Program-made: the position numbers and the translations under genes | Shown: positions 41,473-55,600 of the stretch, piece after piece | Layout of the letters: each line of letters starts with the position of its first letter | Position numbering within the stretch: position 1 is the stretch's first letter | Notes under the pieces: model-generated | The model's input: only the letters and a program-made list of their open reading frames with translations | Database searches by the model: none | What the model was told of the DNA's origin: nothing | Assembly: GCA_964035545.1 (NCBI GenBank) | Contig: OZ037769.1 | Span: 11,252,633 to 11,316,632, forward strand | Direction: 5' to 3' | From: Bugula neritina | Lineage: Eukaryota > Animalia > Bryozoa | Length of the DNA: 64,000 nucleotides

Positions 41473-44400
41473 ACACTACTACTGCTACTACTACTACTGC
41501 TGCTGCTACTACTACTACTACTACCTCTACTACCAGTACTACTATTGCTAGCGTCACTGCTACTAATAGTACTACTACTAATACTAGTACTACTACTAAT
41601 ACTAATACTGCTGCTACTACTACTCACAGGTCCTGGACTGAAACCCGCTGATGTTAGAACTCTGGAATACCTGAGAGAGGTGGCAATAACTACTGCAAAA
41701 GGGTTGGCTGCTGGCACTGTGAAGAAACAGCCCCGCAAGCGTAACATGGTGGACAAGGTAATCACTGTGCTCTGTAACTCATAGTAGTACTCTGTAACTC
41801 ATAGTAGTACTCTGTAACTCACAGTGGTAGTACTCTGCAACTCATAGTAGTACTCTGTAACTCATAGTAGTACTCTGTAACTCATAGTAGTACTCTGTAA
41901 CTCATAGCAGTACTCTGTAACTCACAGTGGTACTCTGTAACTCATAGTAGTACTCTGTAACTCACAGTGGTACTCTGTAACTCATAGTAGTACTCTGTAA
42001 CTCATAGTAGTACTCTGTAACTCACAGTGGTACTCTGTAACTCACAGTGGTACTCTGTAACCCACAGTAGTACTCTGTAACTCACAGTAGTACTCTAACT
42101 CATAGTAGTACTCTGTAACTCACAGTGGTAGTACTCTGCAACTCACAGTGGTACTCTGTAACTCACACTAGTACTCTGTAACTCACAGTTGTATTACTGT
42201 TAATAATTACTTCTAGATCACCGATATGATGCTACAGTACTCTCAAGGCAGAGATTATGTGTTTAATAAAGCTAAATCTACTGTTATGAAGGCCACTAGA
42301 GGCAAATATCCCGCTCCTCTGGAAATAATCAAGGTCAGTGAAGCAGCTATCATCCAAACTTCTTGTGATTTAATACAAAATTTATAGCGTGAAGCTTTTC
42401 CAGCTCTTACTAAACTAAATGCTGAAAATGCAGGTACAAGCTGACAGTACTGGCTCTGTTGTCTAACATTGTTACCGTGTATCAATGTGTTTCCAGGTGA
42501 TACGAACAGGCATAGAGAAAGGACCTGATGTGGGTTATGCAGCTGAGAGCAAAGGCTTTGGTGAGCTGCGTATGACTAATGAAAGCAAGTCTCTTATTGG
42601 TCTGTTCCACGGTTCCACTGCGGCTAAGAAAAATAAGTTTGGCAAACCAAAGAATGAGTACAAGTAAGAGACAAAAACATCTATTGACATTTAGTTTGGG
42701 TGTTTTGTATTGCCTTGCAGTAGCCATCAACTTACTTGCAGTCACTTAGGTCTGTCCAAAGCTAATCCATTGCTTGACTATCACAGAGTTAGTCTATCCC
42801 TCACTTACTATTTAAATAAGGACTTCATAAAGAGAAAGTTGCTTTCTTGGCTTTAATGCTTTCACAATTTTAATAATTTGTGGTTTTGTTATCAGTCAAT
42901 GGTATATCATTGATCAGCTAAATGATGTGTATTAACTTGAGACATTCATATATACATGTTGAGTATACATGTAGTTCCTAGCATACACTTATAACTAGTT
43001 GGATGTTTGTCTTGTATCTACCTGGACAACTGTTTCACAGGACTCTGTCAGTGTTGGGAGCTGGTCTGATGGGGGCAGGTATTGTCCAAGTCAGCATTGA
43101 CAAGGGTTACAAAGTTCTGATGAAAGACATGAACAGCGCTGGTCTGGCCAGAGGACAGGACCAGATATACAAAGGTCTCAACACGGCTGTGAAGAAGAGG
43201 AAAATTACCAGGTTTCTGCTAGACTTGAGTGTTTCACTTACTTTATCATGAAATGTGAAGAAATTTGCTTTAATTTGTAATTGGAAGCAACTATTTTTGT
43301 ATCTTCTTTACACTAAACACTCAAATTGTTACTAAAAGTCCATTAGTTAGCCACTGGGACGTTAAGTAACTTGTAAGAGCAAGGATTTATAATTTTAATG
43401 TATTGTTATTATTATGTTACCATGGCATCTAACAGTATTCTATCATGTTGTTGAAAGCAATGTTTGTATAAACTAGTGACAGTAGTGGATAGTATATAGG
43501 TGTTGGTATATGTTGCAAATTCCATGATTAAGCATAAACGTAATAGTTGATATGCTGTACTATATGAAATGCAGCATAAACTGGTAAAATTTATTAATGT
43601 TCATGCATGGGCATAGCAAGGGTAAATATATAAACAGGTTTTTTTGTAGCCAACGCATGACAGTTTCTATAGATTTAAATTACTTTTGCAAAATTACAAC
43701 TTAAATGAATTTTCTGACTATAGAATTAGCAACAAATCCTTTAGGATATATCAGAATGGTATGTTTGCAGTTATAATGAGATTAGTAAGTTAGGTACATT
43801 GTATTATATTAGTTACATATACAAGTACACTAATAGCATGCCTGTTTACAACAGCTTTGAGAGAGATAGAACCATGTCTAATGTTGATGCTACACTCACC
43901 TATGATGGCTTTAAAGACTGCGATATGGTTATTGAAGCGGTGTTTGAGGATATAAAAATCAAACACGCCGTCATTCAGGAAGTAGAAAAGGTTATCATTT
44001 GTCTTTTATCACATTTAAATGCTTTGTTTACATTCTGTGTGCACGAATTTTTCAAAGTTTGTTTACATCATACTGCTATCTCTCTCTCTCTCTATGGTTG
44101 ATGTCTTAACTCTGCATTATTTCAAAGTTATGTTTGCATTATTTTTTTGTTTACGTCACATGTACTTCTAATGAGTGGGTATCTCGGAAGATCTGGTGCT
44201 GCTATAGTTTCTCTGCAGTACCAAACATCTTTGTTGGCAAAGCTATGTCGTGTTGCATCACAGAGACATTAGACATTTAGGCTGTTGGTTATTTCATGCT
44301 TGTAATAATTCGGAAAGTTATGTGATATCACAGAAATCACTAGACTCTTACTATATGGATCTGTAGACCTATGTGTTAGTGTTGGTATATCTCACATGTA

Positions 44401-46798
44401 ACTCCATAAAGTCTAGCAATGTGTACTGTTCTACTTGCAGCACATTCCAGAACATTGTATCTTTGCCAGCAACACATCAGCTCTGCCAATCACCGAAATT
44501 GCCAAAGCCAGTAAACGACCCGAAAATGTTATTGGAATGCACTATTTCTCTCCAGTCGATAAGATGCCTCTCTTAGAAATAATCGCCACCGACAAGACTA
44601 GCGCTGTGAGTATAACATAAGTTTATTTTCTGCGTTGGGAGGTATATTGTGAAGTTATCTCATTTCCTGGGGGGGTTTATTATTTCTTACGGATGGGAGG
44701 TGAAGTACTATTTCCTGTGGAGATATTTTTATCTTTATTTGGTATTATGTGTACTTGATATGGCAAAGATCTCTCGTCTCTTTTAAAGAAATTATTTTCT
44801 ATAAGTGACATTTTACTTTATCTTACCTAGCTATTCTTTGTATGTCTTATTTTCTGTAATAGCACTAATGTACACATAGACTTCCTGCTTGCTAAATATT
44901 GGTTTCTCTCTTGTAGGAGGCTAAAGCTGCTGCTGTCGCTGTTGGTTTGAAACAAGGAAAGACGATTATTGTTGTGAAAGATGGCCCTGGATTCTACACC
45001 ACTCGTATCCTAGCACCTACCCTGGCTGAGGCAATACGGTGCCTTCAGGTTGGTTGGTCCATCCATTAGCTTATAGGTTTTCTACTCTCAAATCATCTTG
45101 CACCAAAAACTATTTGTATATTGCAATTCGTATCACCTCTTTCTTCTACAGTAAAAAGTATATTTGTTTTATTTCCTTTGTGCTGTATTTTTTCACAAGA
45201 AGATGTTACTTTGTAGGAAGGTGTTGGCCCGAAGTCTCTGGACAAGATCACCAAAGACTTCGGTTTCCCGGTTGGTACGGCCACTCTGATAGACGAAGTA
45301 GGCGTAGACGTGGCAGCTCATGTGGCTGAGGACCTGGGCAAGGCTTTCGGGGTCAGACACGCAGGGGCTGATGTCGGAGTCCTGAAAGACATGGTCAGTG
45401 CTGGACTACTGGGTAAGTGGAGATGGAGATGTTGGTGAATTCTGTTTTTCAGCGGAGTATTGTTGAGCATAATATAATAAGAGGTATATTTGTATTTTTT
45501 AAACTTCTAATCTGAAATATCGCTGATGATCTAAAGGGTTGTTGTCAATTTATAAGCTCTTTTATTCATCACTTATGGTTAGTTAAGTGACATATTTTAG
45601 GCATGCTCTGCTTTTTAATATGAAAAGAGTGGCAAAAATTAGCTTTACGCTATAATGACTCACTGTTTATCACCGTAACCGTTTTAATCCTTGCGGGTAA
45701 CAGACCTATAATGACTTCTTTATAAAACTGTTGCCATCTTGAGTAATATTATTCCAGTTGATGTTTTATACATTGGTGATAATTAGCAGAGCTCAAAAGT
45801 CTTTCATCTGACAACACAGCACAGGTGGATAGGCTGTACATAATCTGTAACCCAATGTTAGCAGCTTTGTATTAAGAACTTGCTATCACAGTGCAATCAT
45901 TTTATGCTTAGGTCGTAAGGCAAATAAAGGCTGCTTCGTATACACTCCCGGGGCTAAAGACAGAGTGGAGAATGAAGAAGCGTTGAAAATCTTCAAACAG
46001 TATAGTGTTGCGCCCAAGGCTGAGTGAGTATAACATGGAGTATATATGTCTATACTGCTCAATAGGGTTCTGCTGATTTGGTTTATAAGATACATTCACT
46101 TCTGTATGGGCTCTCCGCATGTTATGGTATTTCCAGTCACTCACGATACATCCAGTTCAAAAAGGCGGTTCATTTGATCTAAGTGCATTCGGTTTAGTTC
46201 TGTGATATGTGTAATTCTTGGATGTTATTTGTCTAGGAACACTCCTGAACATGTGGCTATGAGACTGGTATCAAGATTTACCAATGAAGCCATTATGTGT
46301 CTACAAGATGATATATTAGCTAATGCTGTAAGTTTGCCATTTCCCATACACACATATTTGTAAGTTTATAATTGCGTTGTATCAATAGTTAATCATAACT
46401 TATGTACTTTAGGCTGATGGTGATGTTGGCGCTGTATTTGGTTTAGGATTCCCACCATTCCTGGGAGGTGAGCCGCTCATTCTCTATGGTTTTATTGTTT
46501 TTTAGAAAATTGGATACTTTGAGTATTAGTTAGAAGCATTATACCTTTAGATACATTTCTCACCATTTCAAATGTTATTTTGCTGCCTGTACTAATATTG
46601 CATGCTAAGTTTTTAAACTTATCCTGGCAGACAGAATTAGTGTTTACTTCTGTAGGTCCCTTCCGATTTGTGGATCACTATGGTGCTGATAAACTAGTGG
46701 ATTTGATGCACAGGAACCGAGATTTGTATGGCGATCAGTTTCTCCCTTGCCAGCTGTTATTAGATGTAGCCAAGTCTGGCGATAAGTTCCACAAGTGA
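37911..46798 (+). CDS. HADHA: Mitochondrial trifunctional enzyme subunit alpha, multi-exon
   Basis: Presequence-like [18 protein letters not shown]; SP|VNTL; [13 protein letters not shown]; [17 protein letters not shown]|[32 protein letters not shown]; [15 protein letters not shown]; VIEAVFED; [10 protein letters not shown]; [18 protein letters not shown]; [10 protein letters not shown]; FGFPVG; [16 protein letters not shown]|GPFRFVD..FHK*. Confidence 0.97.
41174..41625. repeat. Imperfect (ACT)n microsatellite running up to a HADHA acceptor
   Basis: About 450 bp of act/gct/aat triplets ending tactactcacag at 41629. Confidence 0.95.
41770..42190. repeat. About 20-bp minisatellite filling most of a HADHA intron
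   Basis: (ctctgtaactcatagtagta)n with cacagtgg variants, about 20 copies. Confidence 0.95.
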
Positions 46799-47364
46799 AA
46801 GTGATTCTGCAGATTATAGCTGCACGTCTGCCTGCAGTCTTCAGTCACTCTACAGTCACATTTTATACTCTTATCATGTTATTCAATAGCTGATGTAGGT
46901 GACCAATCGTTCATGATATTTTGCGTTTCCTAGCAAGTTGTAATTCATACTAAGAAACTCAATGTTCTCTCTAGGTTTGTGTGCAAACAATCTCAACACG
47001 TTTGTTTGAATTATCTAATTCCAATTTCTATATCTGCGACAGATTTTATATTGTAACATGATCATCATTATATTATGATTATGCATTACTAATAATATTT
47101 ATAGTATCAGTAATTTATGAATAAAAGTAACAAAAAGAGACTCGTTTCAAGTGTTCCGCGTCAAGAAATAAAAATACTCGATTTTTGTTGTCCACCATAG
47201 TTTATTACGGAACATGGTGAGAATATGTCAAACACTAAACAATACAATTTCAAGTACACAAGTTTATAAATATTCAAGCAATCCTGATGAACATCAGCTA
47301 TTACGGACCTGCAAACTGCAGTCAGGATATGAAATTTGTGAAGATAAAAATAAGTTTATATTCA

Positions 47365-50300
47365 TCACATCATTTCTTTTTGAAGAGCATTTCTCTTTCG
47401 GATTAACCTTTTCTCTCGCTCATATTCCTTCATTCTCAAAACCATACTGAAAGTAAATAATGCAATGAATCTATCAAATTAGTGCAGAGTAAAATATGCT
47501 TATGTATTGTATCATAACTACTACCTTTTAGACGGGCAGCCAGACAATTAAAATTAAACTCGTATATGTCTAGTGCTTTCAGATCTGTATGATTCTACTT
47601 TGCAGTCAAATGATTTTTAATACAAATGTTTATATTAAATTGAAGTTTCTGATAATAGTATAAAACAGAAAAGGCTTTGACTGGATACTCACTCTGCATA
47701 TTCGCAGTCTCCGTGAAGATGCTTCTCGTGTGCACATGCCTTATACCAAGGTGTGTTTTTCTGTCGACAACGCATATAATCTATGTACAGATGTGCACAG
47801 TAATCACGGTATTGGTGAGGGACATTGGCAGCCTCCATTTCTTCATGGGTTACTTTCATCTCTACAAACAGGCATAGTAACAATATTGCATAAGGCAAAA
47901 AACAGCTCAGCTGAGATCTAAACATAGTCATTCTCCAAATAGTAGTTATACTGTAAAATTACACAGAAGCTGAAAACTACAAATACACGTGAAACTTTTT
48001 TAAATTTATCACTGAAAAAACTGTATTACAGTGAAAGAAAGCACACAGCAAAAACTAGCAAAAACTTCAGGTAGATAGCAAAATGGAATTATGTTGTGCA
48101 AATTTGATGCGATCAGCATCTTGAAGAAATACCGTAAGCACTTTTGGTAGGAGTTACCTAATTGGTTGGGTATTATTTAGTGTTTCTGTGTTAGCACTCA
48201 CACCATATATTTTTGTGTTAAGTTTAAAATAAGTAGGTATAGCATAAAGTAGCAAAGCCAAATGCAAATGACAAAAATTAATTTTGGTTCCCACATGAAT
48301 GTTTTTTTTTACAAATGCTTTCAGGTACAAAATTAGATTTCATGTGACAGAACCTTTAATGGCAAAAAATTGATTATGTAATTTAAAATTTCATTGATTT
48401 GCAGAAAATTCAAGTAAAATATTTAAATTAGGCATAATAACTTGAGTCAAGTAGTTGAGTATATAGATGTATTTGAATCACCTCAAGTCAATCAATTTCG
48501 AATACTTCAGACATTGTCAGCCTGAAATGGTTCCTGCTCTCTCAAATAATAAATAATACTAGAAAAATATAATGTTGTAGCATTTATCATAATTATGGTA
48601 ATAGTAATGATTAATAATTCTCATCATCATTGATATTGATTAAAAATGCCACAAATTAAATGAGTGACTAGCATGACCCTCATCACATCAATATGGGTAA
48701 GTTAACAGTAACACTAACAGTACAGGTAAAAGGAATATCAACTTTAGCTACTCACTATGATTATTGCCAACACTAGTGGTGGTGCTAGTACTAGTAGTAT
48801 GGGTTTAAAATAAGTTATGCTAATGCAGTCATAGCATTATTTTTAGTATTAGTATTACTATTGGTGCAACTGTACACTGATATTTTTTACAGTTTAGCCT
48901 TAGGTTATACTGGTACTCATATTCATATTGATAGTGATACTCATACTCGGAGTTAGATTTTATTCACATCCACATGAATATCTCGGTTATTGATCACATC
49001 AAACTTAAAATTCAATTTGAAACATTTAACTCAATTTTACCTGTAAAAATAAACCTAAATATTAATACTTTTAGTTTTACTATGACTCTGCCACTTTGAC
49101 TTGGTATTAATTTTAGTACAACCATTAGGGGAAGGTGGGGTAAGTTGGGTCAAGGGGCAAGTTGGGTCAGGCCATTTTCTCAAAAACTGTAATGCTAGGA
49201 AACGGAATAGTTAGGTCAAGAAGTAAAGGCCAAACTAAAACAACTTCCTGCTATTACAACAACACTATCAAAAAAGAGGTGAGTGAAATATTACCTAATA
49301 TCATTATTTTTGCTTTATTTGACATTCTGTTCACCAAAACAGTAGACCAAAACTTTGTCATTAAGCATGAGGATAGAGTGCTGATGTTTTGTGTCATGAA
49401 TGCTTAGGTAGTTAGCTTATATTTGGTGAATTATAAAACTTTTTAAATTAATTTTTTCATGCAAAAATTACATGCTTTACAAAATTGCTGCCAATGGGGC
49501 AAGTTGGGTCAAAATTTTGGGGCTAGTTGGGTCAGTGGCCCAACTTGCCCCAAGTCACTAAAACATAGTGTTAATGTAATATTATTGTTGCAGATCGTGA
49601 TACTGGATAATCACTGCTCACATATATCCTTAGAGTCTGTAACTCTTGCTAAAGAATCAGGAGTTGTTCTACTCACCTTGCCACCACATATTTCACACCA
49701 ATTACAGTCTCTGAATAGAACTGTTTTCGGTCCAATGAAAACATACTTCAACAAGGCAATGGATAACTTAATGATAACCTATCTGAACAGGAGCATAAAA
49801 GTGAAAGACATTGGCGCCCTAACAAAGCGAGCATTTGGGCAAAACATGACTGTTGCTAATATAACATCGGGCTTTCGCTCATCTGGCATATTCCCATCAA
49901 AAGCAGGCATATTTACCGACGCCGACTATGTTCAAACCGATGTTACGGACAAACCTCAAAGAGTGATCAATGAGCAAGATGATCTAATTCAACTTAGCCA
50001 AGTTCATCTCAGCCAACTTTATTCCAGATTCCAATCTACAATCTAAGCACGCCTAGTACTTCTGGTTTATTGGCAGGGGCTACCTCTCAGGATACTTCTA
50101 CTTCACTGGTGGTGGCTACCTCTAAGCAGCCTGTTACCCCTCAAGATATTCTTCTCTTACCCAAAGCTGCTCTACGCAAAAATGGAGCACCCAGAAGAAA
50201 GCGGGTAAAGACCGCTATACTGATAGACACACCAGAGAAAGAAAGAATCGAACACGAATGAGCAGACAAGTTGAATAAAGGAAAGGAACGACCTAAGCGT

Positions 50301-51716
50301 AGGCCTATAGAGAAAGAGCCAGAATCCTGCAGTGAAGATGAGCAGAACCATAGTTTCACTAGAGACAGACAGCGATTCACCATTCGAGGCGGAAGCAGAA
50401 GAACAGGATGTGACAGATGCAGAAGAAGGGGCGTTTGTGGTGGCAAAATACAAAGGAAAACGTTCAACCATAAGTTTTGTTGGAATGGTAGTTGGCAAGG
50501 ATGAAGGAGATTGGAGATTGGACTTTTACAAAAAGACTCCACAGGGCACATTCTCTAAGCCATCATAGCCAGACATATATGCAGTGGAGGCTGAGCAAAT
50601 TTTTAGAGTGCTGGGGGCACCTGTCTCAACTGGAACAACTGTTCGAACTATAGGCTGTGTTAGTTTTGGCAACAAACTAAATGGCATGGGCTTTGAGTTA
50701 GTTTTCTTGATGCCTTTATTAAATAAAAATAATAGCCCCAAGCAGATTCGGTTTACTTCTTCGTCCATTCCCAGAGTCTAAATTCAAATAATCTCACTAA
50801 CTTAAATGATGACTGGGGGGCCTATGTTACAAACTTTGTATGTTTTTCTCAAACTAATATGCTGGTAATCATTACTTAGACCTAATGAAAATTAATAAAC
50901 TGAATTTATTTCAGTGATATGTTAGATGCCATAGTAATGAAATAGCGACCCAACTTGCCCCATTTTTTTTGGTGGTGACCCAACTTGCCCCTCATGCGGG
51001 GTAAGTTGGGTCAGAAGAAAGGTTTTACGGTATTATCTGTAGCTGACTCAATGTTGGTGTTGCCTCAAAATAAAATTGGGCTATCGCAGATAACATGTTA
51101 ATCTATCTTTATGACAAACAGTTTGATATTTACATGCTTAGATCGGCCACAATATTAAAAAAACCAATTTTTGACCCAACTTGCCCCGCCTTCCCCTACT
51201 TATTACTATTACTATTAGACTAGTATTATTAGTAGTAGTATTAGTATTACTATTTGAGTATCATATTTATAATAATAATTATTATTATGTTCTACTAGTA
51301 CAACTACAAATACAACTACAAGTATATTATTGTTAATAAAAATATATTAATATAATAATGAACAATAACTACTACTACTACTAGTAGTACTACCTTCAAC
51401 TTTTAGTAATACCATTACTATTGTCCATTACTATTAGTATTAGTATTACTATAACTCTTACTATAATATAACTGTATTTAAGTATAACTTTAAGTATCGC
51501 ATTAACTGTTAGATTTACTTTTAGTTACTTATTAATATTACCTATCAACTTTAAGTTTAACTAAAATCAACATCAACATGTAGTACAGGTACTACCTCGA
51601 GGTTTTCTGCCTTCGGGGAACCCTAGAAGTGGATCAAATGTCGGAGGGTAAAAGTAATTAGGTTGGTTTTCCCTGTTTGTTATGGTTTGGTATATATTAG
51701 ATGCTACAGTGCCCAT
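47365..51716 (-). CDS. NDUFB7: NADH dehydrogenase 1 beta subcomplex subunit 7, 3 exons (51716-51596, 47861-47693, 47446-47365)
   Basis: MGTVASNIYQ..PPTFDPLLGFPEGRKPR|EMKVTHEEMEAANVPHQYRDYCAHLYIDYMRCRQKNTPWYKACAHEKHLHGDCEYA|DMVLRMKEYEREKRL..MM*; twin CX9C. Confidence 0.95.
49128..51196 (+). mobile_element. pogo/Tigger-like DDE transposon, internally deleted, in NDUFB7 intron 1
   Basis: ta|GGGGAAGGTGGGGTAAGTTGGGTCAA ... TTGACCCAACTTGCCCCGCCTTCCCC|ta (TA TSD); subterminal AAGTTGGGTCA repeats; DDE_1-type LDNHCSH..LPPHISHQLQSLNRTVFGPMK..NITSGFRSSGIFP. Confidence 0.88.
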
Positions 51717-52611
51717 AGCTGACGAAAAAATGCTACCGTTTACTATTAATATTTTTCTAAAAAAGTTAAAGTTTTACTACAAATGCATCAGAACATCAAC
51801 CGGGTCTCATAGTTGGTAAATCCCGAAATAACGCAAACCGAACGCATTAGACCGGCAGCATGTCGTGTAATATTCGTTCATTGTTTGTAGTATAATGTAT
51901 GTCTTTATAGACAATCACGGCCCAGGTTGCCTTTTTAGTCTGTGTAGGCTTGGTTAGTACGTTAGGTAAGACAACACCCGAGAAAATTCATTTTTGTACG
52001 AGAGACCTAACAATTGTATAATTTGTGCTTAATTAGCAGATAACTTACATTTTTAGGAAAAGCATTCTCCTTAACTGCATCTAACTATGTAAAAATTCAT
52101 CGCCAACGCCACAAAAATGATTTATTTTCATAGGAATATCATTATACTTGATAGCTTTTTGTTGCTTATATATGTTCTGTTCTGGTTACACTGTTCTACT
52201 AGGCTGCATAACTCTATCTTTTGGCTTACAAAATTTAGATAGCTTTGTTTCTGTTCTTCATATCATTACAAAAACACTTTTCACTGTTTTGATATTCTAT
52301 ACTTTCTTTAAAGTTTTATACTCATTGTTATTGGGTAATAATTTTAAGTAGTATTGTCATGTCTTAATGTTGTTTGTTAATTAATAAACTATATAGTATA
52401 TAGCAATTAGGAATTTATTGAGAAAAACTATTTATGCTCAACAAAGCAATTTTTACAAGATTTATTTATATTGTTTATACTTCATACTTATAGTTATGAC
52501 TTGTACATTTATTTGTTGGGTTGTGTCTGTGTTATACGAACATAACTTACAAATCAAACTAGCAGAAGTGAAATTTTAAACAACTATTTAATTAGAGAGT
52601 ATAAGATCACT

Positions 52612-55600
52612 ATGAACACAGTGGAACTGAAATCAACTACACTATTGGACTATATAATTTACTATAAACTGAGACATCTGGAGCATCTGCTTGGGTTGCC
52701 TTTGTATCCGTATGTTGACTATCAGCAGCAGAGAAGCGCTGCCCACACTGCTGTTTCTTGTCAAAACGTTGAGAATACCTTTCCCGTGCCTCTGAATAAT
52801 CAAGTCACTGCTCCTACACTACAGTTTTCTGGCAGTGGTTCTACTTATGAGCAAATTAATAAAAAACGTTTAATCCACAGTCGAGTGTTCAACCGGCATA
52901 ATGGTGGAGGCTTTAAATATAATATTTTGTCCCGAAACAAACGTTTCAACAACTCATGTTTAGTCACGTCAAACATCAACAATGATCTAAAATTGGAACT
53001 AAAACCTGAAGTAATAGCATGCCATCACAAAGATAAGTATGGATTAGAACAGCGTTTGATTGAAACTTCAGAAATAACGGCATTGTCTGAAGAAAATATA
53101 GCTGATGAGATTTCTCATGCAAAACCAGTGCATTTTTCAACATTTCCAAGACCAGTCGCTAAAAGCAAGTCTATATCACTTGATTCTGAGTACTTGAAAA
53201 GCAAATTTCTTTCTGACATTGATAAGAAACTGGAACTGCCCACACTTATACTCACTAGGGATGTTCAACGGAAGAATAATACTTATTCTATGGCAGACAA
53301 TAAAAATATACTTTCAAATGTTCAAAAGCAAGATACTCAACATAAAGGGCAGTTTGCAAAAATAAAAATAACATCCTTAAGCAAAAGTTGCATGTTACCA
53401 GCAACTCATGAAAACCTTGTTAAACCTTCTCCACCACAAAAGATGCTTTCAGATTTCAACATTAATAAACTTAAATCACAGGGCAAAGGTCAACTACAAA
53501 CTATACATACTAGAGGTCACAAAGTGGTGACAGAGAGCAGCAATTCAGAAAAGCCAGGTCAGCAAGGCGACAACAAAATTAACCAGCATTCCAAACGGCA
53601 GAAATCTCAAACACAGAAGTCATTTTCAAGGCCAAAGCTTGGTCGAAGACAGCGAAAACTCCTGCAAAAAGGAGGCAGTGGTGATAACCAATCAAACCTA
53701 GCTGTGATGTCACAATCAAAGCTAAATATTACTGATTCAGTTGCAGAAAATGAAGTGACTGAAAGCAGTTGTAGTTACAACTTAGTAAAAGCGTTTAGTA
53801 ACTCTTGTAGCGAATCAACAGAGTACAATGAATGCAACGGCATCACTGGTGATGTAAGGCATTCCGTAAAGCAGACCAAGTCAGACAGCTGTCTGTCTGT
53901 ACAGGAGTACGAGGAATCTATAAAAACAGCACCTAAGCTTATTTCACCATCAGCTTCCTTGCAAAGGCTTCTAGACGACATTATGGCTGAAAGCAAAGCT
54001 AATGCAAGTAGCAAAAAGTTAGTGGATAATGCTGCTGCTAAAATAGGTGGCAGCCTAAAGACTACTAAAGGAAAGACCACGGAGAGAAGTGAAAGTGCAA
54101 GACCCTCTATAGTTTCCAAAGAGCTTACTTTGCTACAGGTTAAAGAGTCTAAATCAGCAAACCACCAGTTGTCTGCCTCTCATATTGAGACTCAGGTAAA
54201 ATTAATGGACTCGATAATTCTGAATAATTGTTGTATATACTTTAATTGAATGTGCATATGCATTTGATTCAGCATAATACATCTATGTCATATATTATAT
54301 AAATTACAGCAATGAACACACGAAAATTTTATTGGTTATAATGTCAAAATATATACAGTATTTAACTTACATTTATCAGCATACATACCACGCACTACAT
54401 GTATTTGTTTATCATCTACATTATAAGAATAACACATAGTCACAAATATTCTGCATGTACAATATGCAATGTTATAGGTTCATTTATTATAACTTATAAA
54501 TTTAGTTCTGGCCGCCACTAGTTTATACTAATTTGAATTATAGTTTAAATGAGTTAACACATTTATGTCCTTTTGAATATTATTCAATTATCTAAATTAT
54601 ATTACAGTATGTTTCAAATCAACCCATAGACTGTTTTATAGGCCATGCAACCACAGAATCAGATAATGTGCCTCCATACATACAATAATTTAAAGACTAA
54701 TCATATAATTGCAGCAAAGTTTTCACACAAATACAAGGCAGAAATCTTTAAGAACGCAACAATCTAAAGTGATATTTGGTAAATTCTCTATGCTAGACAG
54801 CCAACAATCCAACATAGATAGCTCTGTCATAGGTGAGATATTTCATCCAAGTATTTTTAACAATAAATTTGCTTTGAATTTACTGTAGTTGTAATCTCTC
54901 CCTTTTTAATTACAATTAAGCTGAATAAATTAAATTCTTTAAACTCACTGATTCAAAAAGGCTAATTGATTAAGCCGTAGCAGGTTCATTTATAATGTCT
55001 AATTACTTTGAAGGCCAAAACGGATTGTGACCAGTATATTGTGACCAGTATATTGTGACCAGTATATTGTGACCAGTATATTGTGACCAGTATATTGTGA
55101 CCAGTATATTGTGACCAGTATATTGTGACCAGTATATTGTGACCAGTATATTGTGGCCAGTATATTGTGGCCAGTATATTGTGGCCAGTATATTGTGGCC
55201 AGTATATTGTGGCCAGTATATTGTGGCCAGTATATTGTGACCAGTATATTGTGACCAGTATATTGTGACCAGTATATTGTGACCAGTATATTGTGACCAG
55301 TATATTGTGACCAGTATATTGTGACCAGTATATTGTGACCAGTATATTGTGACCAGTATATTGTGACCAGTATATTGTGACCAGTATATTGTGACCAGTA
55401 TATTGTGACCAGTATATTGTGACCAGTATATTGTGACCAGTATATTGTGGCCAGTATATTGTGGCCAGTATATTGTGGCCAGTATATTGTGGCCAGTATA
55501 TTGTGACCAGTATATTGTGACCAGTATATTGTGACCAGTATATTGTGACCAGTATATTGTGACCAGTATATTGTGACCAGTATATTGTGACCAGTATATT

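Noticed and set aside
41385-41784. Poly-Ser and poly-Leu ORFs
   Set aside because: (ACT)n microsatellite; only 41630-41757 is a HADHA exon.
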